Positions 10,113-21,327 are shown, counted from the stretch's first letter. The stretch: 64,000 bases of DNA from an uncultured Nitrososphaerota archaeon (GCA_963701075.1 OY969559.1:1824001-1888000), one strand, 5' to 3'. The notes: generated by a model from the letters alone, not told the origin. Made by a program: numbers and translations.

Positions 10113-12263
10113 ATGTTATTAAAATCTAATATACTTATTGCTTTGATCATTAGCAGTGCATTTATTGGCCTTATACTTGTAGCACATGCTTCATCTAACT
10201 TGGTGACAGTAACCTCAACAAATACACCAGGTGGCATAACTCAACTACAAGTTACCAACAGTCCTTCAAACACTGTTGGCATTTCATCTCTTACTTTACA
10301 GATTAAAAATGGAAATTTCAACTCTTTTACATTAGCAAATGGATGGATAGGAAAGAAGACATCATCTGCCACAATAGCGTTTTTTGCTTCAAATCCGCTC
10401 GAGCCTGGCAACTCAACAACTATTACAATCAACACCAACCAGCAGGCTCCAGATCTTGTATGGAGCGCATTTAATTTAAATAATAATCAGTTAGGGACTG
10501 GTGAAATTGGAGCTCCAATAATACCACCAACTCCACCACAAAATCAAAACCAACCAAAAAATCAAAACCAACCACCACCCCCACCTACCATAAATCCCGG
10601 AATATTAGGAATGTCTACTTTCAGAATTATACCTTCAACGCCAGCTCCGGGTTTTGATGTTCGTGTTGTCGGGCAGAGCTTTGCATCATCGACATCCCTT
10701 GATTTGTATTTGGGAAGTCAAAAGATAGATACCTTTTCGTCAGACAGTGATGGGAACTTTGTCATCACCACAACAATTCCTCAGAGTCAACAGCCAGGCA
10801 GCGCAGATTTTGTTCTAAAAGACCAAACAAATAATCAGAAAACATTCACTACAACCATAGAATCAGCACCGCCTTCTCGCACAACAACTCAACAAGTAAT
10901 TCCATTAACTGTAAATGTTGATCCTATTTTACATCCAGGTGACACTGGAATAATTAACGGAACAGCAAATCCTGGCAGCACCGTGACAATTTCTCTATTG
11001 AATTCAACCGGAACAAGCATAACAACATTTACAGTGACTACTGCCAAAGATGGGAATTATGCAATTTCACAAACAATCCCTAATGACAGGCCATTTGGTA
11101 AGTATACAGTTGCAGTTTCAGATGGACAGAGTCAAGTCAGTAAAGACTATACCGTAACATCTGTCCATCAAATCTTAATATCAACACCACAGCAGGAGTA
11201 CAACCCTGGACAGGTCATGACAATAAACGGCACGTCAACATCTAATCAGCCTGTATCTATAACAATAACAGATCCAACTGGAAATCAGATATATGCAAAA
11301 GATGTCAATGTTACGAGCGGGCATATATCACTAGCATATCAAATAGATTCCGCTGCCATTACAGGCACCTACGCTATCACTGCATCACAAGGAAGTGATT
11401 CAGTTCCTCTCTACGTTGGAGTTGGTGCAGAACCAGTAGCAGGTATAACGGCTACTTTGGATAAATTAAATTACCAAAATACTGATAATCCAGTTGTCAG
11501 CATTTCAGCACCGCCTACTTCGACATTAAATCTTGTGATAGTAGATCCTTCCGATCAAGAAAAGTTTTCTGACATAATTTCAGTGGGAGCAGACGGTTTT
11601 GCCACATATTCATTTAATTTGACATCTTATACTCCTGGTATCTACTCTTTAGTGCTGACCAGAGGAGATGACAAGGTAGAAGATAGCTTTGCAGTAGGGC
11701 TTCAAACGGGTTGTGGACAGATATCCATTAGGACTGTGGCATCCACATACTCGCCAGGAGATGGTATGCTCATTTTCGGAAATGCCAACCCAGACTGTAT
11801 CATACAGCTTGCTTTAACAGATCCAAATGGCCAGCTGATAAAAACTGAACAATTATTTGTAAACAAAGAAGGCATTTTTTCGGCATTTGACTTTAGGATA
11901 CCCGACGATGGAGTACCTGGCACTTGGAAGTTGGATGCTACAAGCGGCATAGATCATATAAGTTTGGACGTTAACGTACAATCTCAATCTCTAATGACTA
12001 TACAATTAGATAAAAGCCCCCCGATCTATGCTACAGGAGACCTTGTTAAGATTTCAGGAAGTGGAATAGGCCATGACTTGGGCGTCTTCATTAACATAAT
12101 TGGAGCAAACAACACAACCGTTGATACTTTATCCATCCATTCAACAAGCACCGGAGACTATAGTACAGAATGGGTGGTTCCAACGTCCTTAAGTGCCGGA
12201 GTCTATACGATACAAGTAGAATCCACCGTTGGCAAAGTGACCACACCCATAACAATTCAATAA
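10113..12263 (+). CDS. Secreted/surface protein with tandem Ig-like beta domains
   Basis: Signal peptide, P/Q/N linker (QNQNQPKNQNQPPPPP), repeated Y.PG..+.I.G....DP.G modules, Thr/Ser rich. Confidence 0.75.
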   Translation: MLLKSNILIALIISSAFIGLILVAHASSNLVTVTSTNTPGGITQLQVTNSPSNTVGISSLTLQIKNGNFNSFTLANGWIGKKTSSATIAFFASNPLEPGNSTTITINTNQQAPDLVWSAFNLNNNQLGTGEIGAPIIPPTPPQNQNQPKNQNQPPPPPTINPGILGMSTFRIIPSTPAPGFDVRVVGQSFASSTSLDLYLGSQKIDTFSSDSDGNFVITTTIPQSQQPGSADFVLKDQTNNQKTFTTTIESAPPSRTTTQQVIPLTVNVDPILHPGDTGIINGTANPGSTVTISLLNSTGTSITTFTVTTAKDGNYAISQTIPNDRPFGKYTVAVSDGQSQVSKDYTVTSVHQILISTPQQEYNPGQVMTINGTSTSNQPVSITITDPTGNQIYAKDVNVTSGHISLAYQIDSAAITGTYAITASQGSDSVPLYVGVGAEPVAGITATLDKLNYQNTDNPVVSISAPPTSTLNLVIVDPSDQEKFSDIISVGADGFATYSFNLTSYTPGIYSLVLTRGDDKVEDSFAVGLQTGCGQISIRTVASTYSPGDGMLIFGNANPDCIIQLALTDPNGQLIKTEQLFVNKEGIFSAFDFRIPDDGVPGTWKLDATSGIDHISLDVNVQSQSLMTIQLDKSPPIYATGDLVKISGSGIGHDLGVFINIIGANNTTVDTLSIHSTSTGDYSTEWVVPTSLSAGVYTIQVESTVGKVTTPITIQ

Positions 12264-12311
12264 AATCCAAATTAAGAAATATTTTTTACATCCACAGCTT
12301 GTGAAGCATTT

Positions 12312-12824
12312 GTGAATCTAAAAGAAAGAATTGCAGAGATACCTGATTTTCCAAAAAAGGGCATCTTATTTAGGGATATTAGTCCTCTTTTAAGAGATCC
12401 AGCAGCGCTTTCACTTGTAGTAGAAGAATTCTCAAAACGCATACATCCTAAAGAGGTAGACGTTTTTGTCGGCATAGAATCAAGAGGTTTCCCGCTAGCC
12501 TGTGCACTGGCTCTCAAATACAACAAGGGCATGATAATGGTAAGAAAGCAAGGAAAACTACCAGGCTCCACGCATAAACTGACATACAACATAGAGTACG
12601 GTACGGCTACAATGGAAATTCAAAGTACTGCAATTAAAAAAGGCGAGAAGGTTCTCATATGTGACGATCTGCTTGCAACTGGTGGCACAGCAAAGGCTGC
12701 AGCCAAGCTGGTTGAAAAGTTGGGCGGAATTGTTACAGGTTTTGCTTTCATCATAGAATTAACGGAGCTGAAAGGATCTAAAGCAATTAAGAATTACCGA
12801 CATGAATCACTGGTGAAATATTGA
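12312..12824 (+). CDS. apt: Adenine phosphoribosyltransferase
   Basis: PDFPKKGILFRDI, ESRGF, DDLLATGGT. Confidence 0.95.
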   Translation: MNLKERIAEIPDFPKKGILFRDISPLLRDPAALSLVVEEFSKRIHPKEVDVFVGIESRGFPLACALALKYNKGMIMVRKQGKLPGSTHKLTYNIEYGTATMEIQSTAIKKGEKVLICDDLLATGGTAKAAAKLVEKLGGIVTGFAFIIELTELKGSKAIKNYRHESLVKY

Positions 12825-13616
12825 CAGAACAAGCGGAAGTTGGGATATTTGGCGGTACTGGAATTTATGACCCAGGATTACTAAGTGAGAGCAAAGAGAT
12901 CACAATAGAAACACCATTTGGAAAGACTTCGGACTCGATAACTGTTGGAATTTACAAAGGCACAAGGGTTGCTTTCATGCCCAGACATGGGAGAAAGCAT
13001 ACAATTCCTCCACACCTGATAAACTTTAGAGCAAATATTTGGGCCTTCAAAGAGATGGGCATTAAGCGAATAATAGCACCGTCAGACTGTTGGCAGTCTG
13101 CAAGAAAAATTAAAACCCGGAGATGTTGTAATTCCTACCCAGTTTATTGATTTTACAAAATCAAGAAAGTATACTTTTTTTGAAGACGGTAAAGTAGTAC
13201 ACATATCAGTAGCTGACCCTTTTTGTCCTGAACTTCAGGCCTCGGTATATAATGCTGCAAAAAAGATGGATTTACACTTGCACAAGGATGCAACCTATGT
13301 CTGCATAGAGGGACCTAGATTCTCTACAAGAGCAGAGTCCAAATTCTACAAGAATGTCATAGGAGCTGACATAATAGGAATGACCCTAGTTCCAGAATGC
13401 CAACTTGCAAGAGAGGCCCAAATGTGTTATGTCTCAGTTTCTACCGTTACAGACTATGATGTATGGGCAGATAAACCAGTAACTGCCAAAGAGGTTTTAG
13501 AAACATTGTCAAAAAATGTCAAGACCACAAAGAATCTTCTCGGAATGCTTCTTGACTTGATCCCCAAGCAAAGAAGTTGCGCTTGTGCAAAAGCACTGGA
13601 AGAAGCAGGATTTTAA
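12821..13616 (+). CDS. mtnP: S-methyl-5'-thioadenosine phosphorylase (frameshift near 13086)
   Basis: GIFGGTG, PRHG..H.IPPH; removing one base gives SAVGSL; [21 protein letters not shown]. Confidence 0.9.
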
Positions 13617-13898
13617 CCGTCTGCAAAGGACTCTTTCTTGAGGCCTTCAGGTAGAGAAATGTCCCCATGAACTAGCTTTTGTTGTAGTTCGCCTATTATT
13701 TCATCCACGTCATAACCAAGTTTTACCAATTCCTTTTGGACAGACTTTTGAAATTTTAGCGCCAATATTATGGCCTCCTATCCTTCCAAACGCAATGGCA
13801 CTAAACTTGAAGGAATGACTGTCTATGATAAAAATGCCTGTTATCTTGGCTGCCATTTGACTACCACGCACGTTTTTTATATGAACCTCAAGATTCAT
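13613..13898 (-). CDS. Conserved hypothetical protein (frameshift near 13745)
   Basis: [20 protein letters not shown] continues in another frame as [24 protein letters not shown]...ADG*. Confidence 0.6.
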
Positions 13899-13907
13899 GC
13901 CATGTTC

Positions 13908-14306
13908 TTATATCTCTACGGCCTTATTTACAGAGTTTTCAATTAAAAAGTTCCAGTGCTTGTCATCTTCTATTTTAAAGTCCTTGACTTTGAGGGTGAT
14001 GACTTTCTCTTCCAAGCATTCATGTTGAATTTCATCATCTTTCTTAATCTTAACAAGTTTCCATTTCTCCTTGTGTTTTTTCAGATTACATAGAAGAACG
14101 GCCCATTTCTGATCCGGAGCTATTTTTGGCATTCCAACATAATCAACAATGCTTTCAATTCCAAGTTGTTTTTCTTCACAAAAGACTTTTTTGCACTTTA
14201 CACAACGCCAGATGTCTACAGAACCAATCGTTCGCTTTTCATAGTTTATGTTAGTGACACCAAAGTAAACTATCTCATGTTTACAAGAGTCTTGTTCTTC
14301 GGACAT
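13908..14306 (-). CDS. Hypothetical protein with CxxC
   Basis: 132-aa ORF in a co-oriented gene run. Confidence 0.65.
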   Translation of the reverse strand: MSEEQDSCKHEIVYFGVTNINYEKRTIGSVDIWRCVKCKKVFCEEKQLGIESIVDYVGMPKIAPDQKWAVLLCNLKKHKEKWKLVKIKKDDEIQHECLEEKVITLKVKDFKIEDDKHWNFLIENSVNKAVEI

Positions 14307-14327
14307 TATTCCTTTTCAATATGGGTT

Positions 14328-14711
14328 CTATTTAGTTCTTGCATCATCATATGGTTTTTCTAAAACAATCGATATGTTGTCAACCAGTAAATTCTTTTTA
14401 AAAGGAATATTTTCTCTCAAACACATTCTTCGATACATGTTAACTACAGCAAATCTTGGATGCATGGATTCAAACTCTGTCTTTGTGATATCAATAAAGC
14501 CTCCCAAGTCAACAAGACTTTTTGTTACTTCAGATGCCTGTGAGTCTGATATGCTAAGACTTTGTGCAACATCCTTTGCCGATTTTTTTCCTTCCTTTAC
14601 AACCAAGACAAAAACTTTTGCTTGCATTGGAGATAGCCTAAGTTCTGAAACAAGTTTTTCTTCAACGTTATCTATGTTTACACTCACAAGTGCTGAGACA
14701 AATTTTGCCAT
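14328..14711 (-). CDS. TrmB-like HTH protein
   Basis: LSPMQAKVFVLVVKEGKKSAKDVAQSLSIS wHTH pattern. Confidence 0.6.
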   Translation of the reverse strand: MAKFVSALVSVNIDNVEEKLVSELRLSPMQAKVFVLVVKEGKKSAKDVAQSLSISDSQASEVTKSLVDLGGFIDITKTEFESMHPRFAVVNMYRRMCLRENIPFKKNLLVDNISIVLEKPYDDARTK

Positions 14712-14750
14712 AATTAAAGATGCCCAAAGCTATGAAATTAAATAACGAAG

Positions 14751-15341
14751 ATGAGCAGTTCTGTCATGAGACTAGTAATAGGTATGACAGGTAGTTCCGG
14801 TATTGTTTATGGAGTAAGAATGCTCGAAGTCCTGAAACGTTGCAATATTGATGTTCATCTCGTAATGACTGAATGGGCTAAAAAGTGCTTGGCGTTGGAA
14901 ACAGATTTTGATTTAAACTATGTCAAATCATTAGCAGGTAGTTATTCTGAGGATTCCAACATGGCTGCAAGTGTTTCAAGTGGTACGTACAAAACAGATG
15001 GAATGATCATAATACCTTGTAGCATGAAGACACTTTCAAGCATAGCTAATGGCTATGAAGAAACTCTTGTTGCACGTGCTGCAGGTGTCACTATAAAAGA
15101 ATCCCGCAAGCTGGTAATTGTTCCAAGAGAGACGCCGCTAACAGGTATTCATCTTGAGAATATGCTAAAGCTTGCAAGAATAGGAATAATCATCTTACCT
15201 GCAATGCCCGGATTCTATAACAGGCCAAAAAATGTAGATGACCTGATAAATCATGTGGTTGGAAAGTGTCTTGACCAATTTAACATCGAGCACGATCTTT
15301 TCAAGAGATGGGGAACCTCAAAACCCTCAGTTGATAATTAA
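14751..15341 (+). CDS. ubiX: Flavin prenyltransferase
   Basis: GMTGSSG, SSG, PCSMKTL, RETPL, P.PGFY. Confidence 0.93.
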   Translation: MSSSVMRLVIGMTGSSGIVYGVRMLEVLKRCNIDVHLVMTEWAKKCLALETDFDLNYVKSLAGSYSEDSNMAASVSSGTYKTDGMIIIPCSMKTLSSIANGYEETLVARAAGVTIKESRKLVIVPRETPLTGIHLENMLKLARIGIIILPAMPGFYNRPKNVDDLINHVVGKCLDQFNIEHDLFKRWGTSKPSVDN

Positions 15342-15430
15342 GAGCACATCAGCACGAGCATAAACTAGAATTAGATTGCAAAATGGACGAGTGTTTATAT
15401 TTGGATAGATGGTTGTTGATACAGAACAGA

Positions 15431-15901
15431 TTGACTAGCTACAAGAGCCGATATTCTAATGACAAGTCGTTTGATTTCATAATACCGCTTATGGTTTTGC
15501 TATTTTTGGGAATTGTATACGTATTATCGTTAAGAGATGATGCAGGATATGTTAGCTTCATTTTAATTGGAATAACTGCCGCAATCATGATTTATTGGGT
15601 AAGAGTACTCAAGAAAATGACAAAAGACAGTCAGCCACAATATGTTCCCAAGGAATCAGAAACAAAGAATTGGGTATACGATCTGATTAAAGGTGATAAT
15701 GAAATTGTATTTGTAGCAGAGGTACCAGGCCCAGAAGAACAGGTAACTGTGAGATTAATTAACGGAGTCTTATATGTACGAGGTTCAGGTCACTTTTCAA
15801 AGGAAGTCCCAATCGAGACAACACCAGACATGGGCATATATGATTTCAAATACAGAAACGGTGTTCTTACGCTAAGAATAAAGAAACTAGAAGCTCTTTG
15901 A
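15431..15901 (+). CDS. Membrane-anchored Hsp20/alpha-crystallin-like protein
   Basis: Two TM helices, then FVAEVPG...YRNGVLTLRI; start uncertain. Confidence 0.7.
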   Translation: MTSYKSRYSNDKSFDFIIPLMVLLFLGIVYVLSLRDDAGYVSFILIGITAAIMIYWVRVLKKMTKDSQPQYVPKESETKNWVYDLIKGDNEIVFVAEVPGPEEQVTVRLINGVLYVRGSGHFSKEVPIETTPDMGIYDFKYRNGVLTLRIKKLEAL

Positions 15902-16990
15902 TTCTTCTAGTTTTGCTGGAAGATATTTATCGGTAATATTTGTCAGGCCATATTTTGAGAATGCCTCTAATTCTGCTTTTCTCTTAAGTTTTAGAAAGAC
16001 TTCTAATTGTTTCTTCCAGTTTCCTTCTTGATATCGTGGGTCCTTTTGTAGATCATAGATTCTTTTAATGTCAGACTCAGTCATTGGAATCGTAGGAAGT
16101 TTGTATTTTTCAATATCAGTAGCCCACACTCCAAGCCATTTTGCATCTGGAACAGTTAGTTCACGTAAATGAGCGGCATTAGCTGATCCAGATTTTATAA
16201 CCATGGCAATGTGTTCTCCATATACGTCTCCGTCAGCTAGAATTACTACTGGAAGCCCCATTTCTTGATTCAATCTTCTCAAAAGGTTTCTTGTAGAACG
16301 TGGTGCCTGACCTGCAGTATCCACTATAATTGACTTGAATTTTTTGTGTACTTTTTCTTCTACAAATCTTGTGAAAAGACCACCCTTCTCAATTGCTATG
16401 ACTAGTTCGGCACTAGTATCCACCAATTCTGCGCTACTAAGACTTGGACCTATCAGATATCCATCAGGATGATCAGAAAGATTCATTCTTTTGCCTTCAT
16501 ATCCCGGTACTGTATATTCAATAGTCAAATCTCCAAAGACACTGCTTCTCTCCTCAGGGAAGATGTGAAACTCCTCACGAGGACTCAGGGTGACAGCTTC
16601 CAAGTCTACTATGATATTATCTGATTCTGGTTGGTCTTCAAAATCAATACTAAATGCCTGGGAAGAATAGTAAATGTCTCTCAATGTAGACGATTTGCCC
16701 TCTCTTACCAATCTATTAACAAAAAATGCAAGCCATGCAAGTTGTGTGTAAGAGCGAAGCTGCGACATGTTTCTTGAGCTTCTAACTGCGTTTGCATTAC
16801 CTAGAATATACTGTCTTAGTTTCTTGTCGTAGACAATGTTATTTACAGATCTACTTGGAATGACAAACTGGGGAAATTTTCCTTGATCAAGATTATCATA
16901 TATGTTAAGACCGTGTTTTTGTAACAGAGAAAGAAGCTTTTCTTTTTTTGCTTCTGCTGTTCTCTGGTTAGACTTGTTCTTCAATTTCAC
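15887..16990 (-). CDS. top6A: DNA topoisomerase VI subunit A
   Basis: STLRDIYY catalytic Tyr, IEKGG, DGDVYG, KAELEA. Confidence 0.95.
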   Translation of the reverse strand: MKLKNKSNQRTAEAKKEKLLSLLQKHGLNIYDNLDQGKFPQFVIPSRSVNNIVYDKKLRQYILGNANAVRSSRNMSQLRSYTQLAWLAFFVNRLVREGKSSTLRDIYYSSQAFSIDFEDQPESDNIIVDLEAVTLSPREEFHIFPEERSSVFGDLTIEYTVPGYEGKRMNLSDHPDGYLIGPSLSSAELVDTSAELVIAIEKGGLFTRFVEEKVHKKFKSIIVDTAGQAPRSTRNLLRRLNQEMGLPVVILADGDVYGEHIAMVIKSGSANAAHLRELTVPDAKWLGVWATDIEKYKLPTIPMTESDIKRIYDLQKDPRYQEGNWKKQLEVFLKLKRKAELEAFSKYGLTNITDKYLPAKLEESKSF

Positions 16991-18803
16991 TTCCCATCTT
17001 TATTAGTTGTTTATAATTTGGCTCTTTTTTCTTTCCAGATAATTCTGTTGCAAATTGAGATATTAATGGAACATATTTTGCATAAAGATTTGCCCTTTTC
17101 TTCTCCATGTCTGCGGCTCCCTTCCTTGACATGTGAACGGCGAGCTTTCTTGCCAAATATTGTAATGCGTTTTTTAGTTCACGCTCAAGTTCTGGCCTAT
17201 CAGCAACGTTCTCTTTTCCCACAGTCTTATACGGGATTCTAGTGGAACAGATATGAGAGACTATTACAAGAGGTGGATCTCCTTTTACTTTGTACCTGCT
17301 CCAATCCATCTCATTGACAATCTTTAGTACAACATCACTTCCTTCATCATAGAGCAAAGGAATCCTGTTAGCAAACCTGTATACCTTAAGCCCAGCTGCT
17401 GGGATATCCCCACCATATGCAATACCCATCTCCACGACAAATGGAAATCCAGAATATGCAGATGCACTGCGCTGCATCACAGAGGCAAATTCAGGGTTGA
17501 AGAACTTCATAATTCCTTTAGAAAGAGGCTCTTCTCCTAATGGTGCCAGACAGCTTGGATCAGGTGCCAGAAAATCATCAAATTTTTGTAGTGCGTCAGC
17601 TAATCTGACCAATTCCTCATTTGTCATACTACCTATCCTTCTTTCGGGTTTTAATTTTGCAAATTCACAGAACTTTTCTGCAGTAGTTGGACCTACTCTT
17701 TGGAATCTTTTAGTCAAGAATGTAAGCAAAGTGTCTCCCTGAATTGTGTTTGCAAGTTGCTTGTAGTATGGACTTTCTGAATCAAGTTCTATTGCGTGAG
17801 ATTGCGACTCACCAAAGTCCCAGTAAGTAATTTTTTTGTTAGCAACATCAATGTCATCAATTCTTATTTTTTGCAACCCATCAAAATCTACGTTTAGAAA
17901 TGACATAACAGCGATTATTGTTCTTACGGGTCTTGATAGATCTGTCCAGCGTTTCTGAGCTCTTTCAAGCATGTCTTTAGTTGTAAGAGTCTTCTTTTGT
18001 AGACCCAATTCCTTCTTTACTTTGTCTATCATTTTATTGTCAACTGCCGGAATCTGATAATGAGTATCCACTATCATTCTCCTTATGGTTTCAACATCCA
18101 CACCGTGTGGATGCGGTTTTATTATTGTGGGTGGGGGTGGCATTTCCTTTACAATTCTTGGATAATGGAATTTTTCGCCAGATGGGTCTTCAAATGTCAT
18201 GGAAGCATAAGGCGTGATAAGCGATGTTTGAGAAACATAATCACGTATTTTGGATCCTGCTTTTGAATAATCCCCTTCAAGCACTATACTAACAGAGAGT
18301 CCTGTCTTTGATGCTTCCTTTACGTTATGTTTTAAAATTACAGGCTTGTTTTTCTGAATATCAAGCAACATCACAAATTCGTCAATTGTTTTTTCATCAG
18401 CACAACTTTTCACGGTAACTGGTTTGTTTGTAGTTATTTGACCATACAGTATGGCCATAGTAGCACCAAGTCCAAACATTCCCCTTGCCTGCTTGAGTCC
18501 AAATTTTGAACCATAAAGAACAGTACCAAACGCATGAGGCACGTGCTTTGGTTCAATGCCAGGACCATTGTCTTTGACTGTTAAGACATAGTGTTTTGGA
18601 TCGGATTGTTCAGGATCTACTGCTTTTATTGACATATGAATATCAGGTAGGATCTTCTTTTGATCACATGCATCAAGTGCATTCTCTACAAATTCCCTTA
18701 CTGATGTGTACAATGATCTTGTAGGATTACTAAAACCTGCAAGATCCCTATTCCTGTAGAAAAATTCGCTGGGAGATATTTGGCTGAAGGTTTCCTTACT
18801 CAA
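16968..18803 (-). CDS. top6B: DNA topoisomerase VI subunit B
   Basis: EFVENALDA, DNGPG, RGMFGLG GHKL motifs; RFANRIPLLYD. Confidence 0.95.
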   Translation of the reverse strand: MSKETFSQISPSEFFYRNRDLAGFSNPTRSLYTSVREFVENALDACDQKKILPDIHMSIKAVDPEQSDPKHYVLTVKDNGPGIEPKHVPHAFGTVLYGSKFGLKQARGMFGLGATMAILYGQITTNKPVTVKSCADEKTIDEFVMLLDIQKNKPVILKHNVKEASKTGLSVSIVLEGDYSKAGSKIRDYVSQTSLITPYASMTFEDPSGEKFHYPRIVKEMPPPPTIIKPHPHGVDVETIRRMIVDTHYQIPAVDNKMIDKVKKELGLQKKTLTTKDMLERAQKRWTDLSRPVRTIIAVMSFLNVDFDGLQKIRIDDIDVANKKITYWDFGESQSHAIELDSESPYYKQLANTIQGDTLLTFLTKRFQRVGPTTAEKFCEFAKLKPERRIGSMTNEELVRLADALQKFDDFLAPDPSCLAPLGEEPLSKGIMKFFNPEFASVMQRSASAYSGFPFVVEMGIAYGGDIPAAGLKVYRFANRIPLLYDEGSDVVLKIVNEMDWSRYKVKGDPPLVIVSHICSTRIPYKTVGKENVADRPELERELKNALQYLARKLAVHMSRKGAADMEKKRANLYAKYVPLISQFATELSGKKKEPNYKQLIKMGSEIEEQV

Positions 18804-19368
18804 AGATATTTTCACCCTCCCAGAGTTGTAATTTTTCCATCTTTTGTCTTCTCCTTGAATCTTGAAGATCATTGTAAACCTTCCCATGAGTGCTACCATT
18901 TGAAAGAGCTGTAATAGCTTGGACTGCAGACCTTAACTGGTTACCCTCCCCTATTATTGCAACCGTGCGGCCATAGACGGAGACGGTAGCTCCGCTTAGA
19001 TCTTCAACATTTTTTCTAACTCTTCCGCCTTCACCTATTATTCTGCCCTTTACTCGCTCGATCTGTGCTGTTGATTTACCCACAAATTCTCGTAAATCAA
19101 TTATATGTAATGAATTTTCGCCTTCAAGAAGTCTCATAGCTTTGTCAGGAGAAAATCCCCGACCTATTGCCAATACAATCTCTTCTGCTTTAAAGGGCAT
19201 TACATTTTCGACATCGCCGGATCCTCTAATAATTATCTCTCCTGTTTGACCATCAACTGATAAAGAAACAGAACATATTTTTTCTATCTTGGCCTTTACC
19301 TTCCCAGATTTACCTATTAAAGCGCCCACCCTTTCAAGGGGGACTAGAATGGTTTTTTCAAAGATCAT
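18796..19368 (-). CDS. KH-domain pre-rRNA processing protein (Dim2/Pno1)
   Basis: GALIGKSG and GRIIGEGG KH loops, AIGRGF, G.HGKVY; in the RIO1-top6 operon. Confidence 0.9.
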   Translation of the reverse strand: MIFEKTILVPLERVGALIGKSGKVKAKIEKICSVSLSVDGQTGEIIIRGSGDVENVMPFKAEEIVLAIGRGFSPDKAMRLLEGENSLHIIDLREFVGKSTAQIERVKGRIIGEGGRVRKNVEDLSGATVSVYGRTVAIIGEGNQLRSAVQAITALSNGSTHGKVYNDLQDSRRRQKMEKLQLWEGENIFE

Positions 19369-20150
19369 TTCATTATCCTCTTTAGTATATCAGATGGATT
19401 TGCAACTGTCAATCCCCTTTTAACAAAGAATTTAGTTATATTTTTAATGTCTCTTTCAAGAAACTTGATCGCATTTGGATGCTTGATGTCCACTGCAGAG
19501 CCAAGATCAAAAATCAACAGTCCTTTTTCTGTCTTAAAGATATTATATTCTGACAGGTCAGCATGCACTATCTTTGCTTTATTATACAAGTCATCAATGA
19601 TTGACATGGCACTTTCATAATCATTGTAATCAACTTCTGTCTCAACCAAGGTTGGTTCTGGCACACCATTCTTGCCTGCAAATTCCATTACAAGCACATT
19701 TTTTATCACAGTTATAGGCTTCACGCATGGCAATCCCTTCTTGAAGCATTGATTTAGGTTCCCAAACTCTTTTTGTGCCCAAAGCTCCACCAAATGCCTT
19801 GTACCTTTTCTTATTTTTGTAAATCTAGGATCTCCCAACAAGTACGGATATCTCTTTTTAAAGTTCGAAGTTGCTACAAGATATATCTTCAATGCCAGAT
19901 CCTTCCCAGACGGTCCAACAGCCCAATATGTTTTAGATTCTTTGCCTGAGCCTACAGCGCCATTCACGTAAGAAATTATTCCAGAGTTTTTCAACCCTGA
20001 AAGAGTCATCATTGTTGATTTATCAAAAACCTCGTCTAGAACTTTGTTTTTGTCAAATCCGTCTTTCTCTGATCTTCGCCCTCTTTCTTTTTCTAAAAGT
20101 CTACCATCAATTCTTTTTGCTAATTTTTTTTCAAGTTCTTCGGTCAACAT
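19365..20150 (-). CDS. rio1: RIO1 serine kinase
   Basis: GSGKES, WAQKEF.NL, VHADLSEYN. Confidence 0.92.
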   Translation of the reverse strand: MLTEELEKKLAKRIDGRLLEKERGRRSEKDGFDKNKVLDEVFDKSTMMTLSGLKNSGIISYVNGAVGSGKESKTYWAVGPSGKDLALKIYLVATSNFKKRYPYLLGDPRFTKIRKGTRHLVELWAQKEFGNLNQCFKKGLPCVKPITVIKNVLVMEFAGKNGVPEPTLVETEVDYNDYESAMSIIDDLYNKAKIVHADLSEYNIFKTEKGLLIFDLGSAVDIKHPNAIKFLERDIKNITKFFVKRGLTVANPSDILKRIMK

Positions 20151-20187
20151 TTTGAAATAAACAGACTTGGTAAAATTGATTGCGTTG

Positions 20188-20499
20188 TCAGAAATCTTTT
20201 GCCAAGTGACCGTGTTCCTTTAACCAATCTACCTGCGATAATGTGTATCTCCATGTGATATCTCCTCTATCATCTGCCTTGAAATCCCAAGGTGCTATAA
20301 CAACAATATCGTTATCACGAATCCATATTTTTCGTTTCAATTTGCCACGAATCCTTCCCATTCTTGTTTTATCATCAGTACATCTTACCAACACATGATC
20401 ACTGCCTAATAGTTTGATAACTCTGCCAAGCATTTCTCCTTCTTCGGGGATTTTCATCTCCTTCAATTCACTTTCGTTTAACACCTTGCGCTTTCCCAA
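20188..20499 (-). CDS. eif1a: Translation initiation factor aIF-1A
   Basis: RIRGKLKRKIWI..DIVVIAPWDF. Confidence 0.95.
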   Translation of the reverse strand: MGKRKVLNESELKEMKIPEEGEMLGRVIKLLGSDHVLVRCTDDKTRMGRIRGKLKRKIWIRDNDIVVIAPWDFKADDRGDITWRYTLSQVDWLKEHGHLAKDF

Positions 20500-20546
20500 A
20501 ATTATCAGTCTTCGATCTGCTCAGTACGTATATAACTGTTGTATTC

Positions 20547-20843
20547 TCAAAATTTAAAAACTAAAAGTAATGGTACACCATCAATCTTTTTGACTCCTTT
20601 CAATGTTCCTACTCCAATTTTTACAGATAACGTAATTGTTTTTTCTCCAGCCATGTTAATGATAGAAGAATTTCGCAATAGTTGTTCTGCTTCTTTTTCC
20701 TCCACAATTCTTTCAGCGAAGTAGCTTTGACTTAGATTCATTGTAATGTCTGACCCAACTAGCGTTCTTCCAACCAAATCGACATCGCATATGTTTAACA
20801 TTCTGTTACGTTGATAATTGACAACTTTTACCGCAAATGCCAT
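20547..20843 (-). CDS. DUF424 family protein
   Basis: LNICD..LVG, SIINMAGE..I, IDGVP; usual position between aIF2b and aIF1A. Confidence 0.75.
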   Translation of the reverse strand: MAFAVKVVNYQRNRMLNICDVDLVGRTLVGSDITMNLSQSYFAERIVEEKEAEQLLRNSSIINMAGEKTITLSVKIGVGTLKGVKKIDGVPLLLVFKF

Positions 20844-21271
20844 TATGCATATTGGCCCTTTAGAGACGATTTAGCACCGCAGGCCTCACATACAAGAAAG
20901 TGGACTCTGTTAGATTTCTCTACTCGGGTATCAGGACTCTTACATGTTGGGCACTCCACATATTCCTTGACGTATATGGTCAGAAGAGACGCAAATTCCT
21001 GGGGTTCCTTTTTACCTACAAACACAGCTTTGTCTCCTGCAAATTGAGCGGGAGTAGCAAATTCTTTAGACAGATACTGGAGTATTTTTTCAGGCTCCCT
21101 ACGCAAGACTTTTGGAAATTCTGAAAAGTTACGAAAGAATGTCCTATTTCCTTGCCACATGATATCTACTTTTGGAAGTTCAAATCTAGATGTAGAATCC
21201 TTCCTACTCTCAGATACCTTATCCTGCACTTTCTTGAGCAGTTTTTCATACTCGCTTTTTGGCAACTGCAT
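20843..21271 (-). CDS. eif2b: Translation initiation factor aIF-2 beta
   Basis: RFELP, YV.CPTCKSPDT, CEACGA zinc ribbon. Confidence 0.93.
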   Translation of the reverse strand: MQLPKSEYEKLLKKVQDKVSESRKDSTSRFELPKVDIMWQGNRTFFRNFSEFPKVLRREPEKILQYLSKEFATPAQFAGDKAVFVGKKEPQEFASLLTIYVKEYVECPTCKSPDTRVEKSNRVHFLVCEACGAKSSLKGQYA

Positions 21272-21327
21272 TATGCAAGATGGTGCTACCTATATGGATT
21301 TACTTCAAAAAAGAAAAAAGTGGTCCC

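Noticed and set aside
10530-10590. Tandem AAAATCAAAACCAACCA repeat
   Set aside because: Encodes the Q/N/P linker of the surface protein
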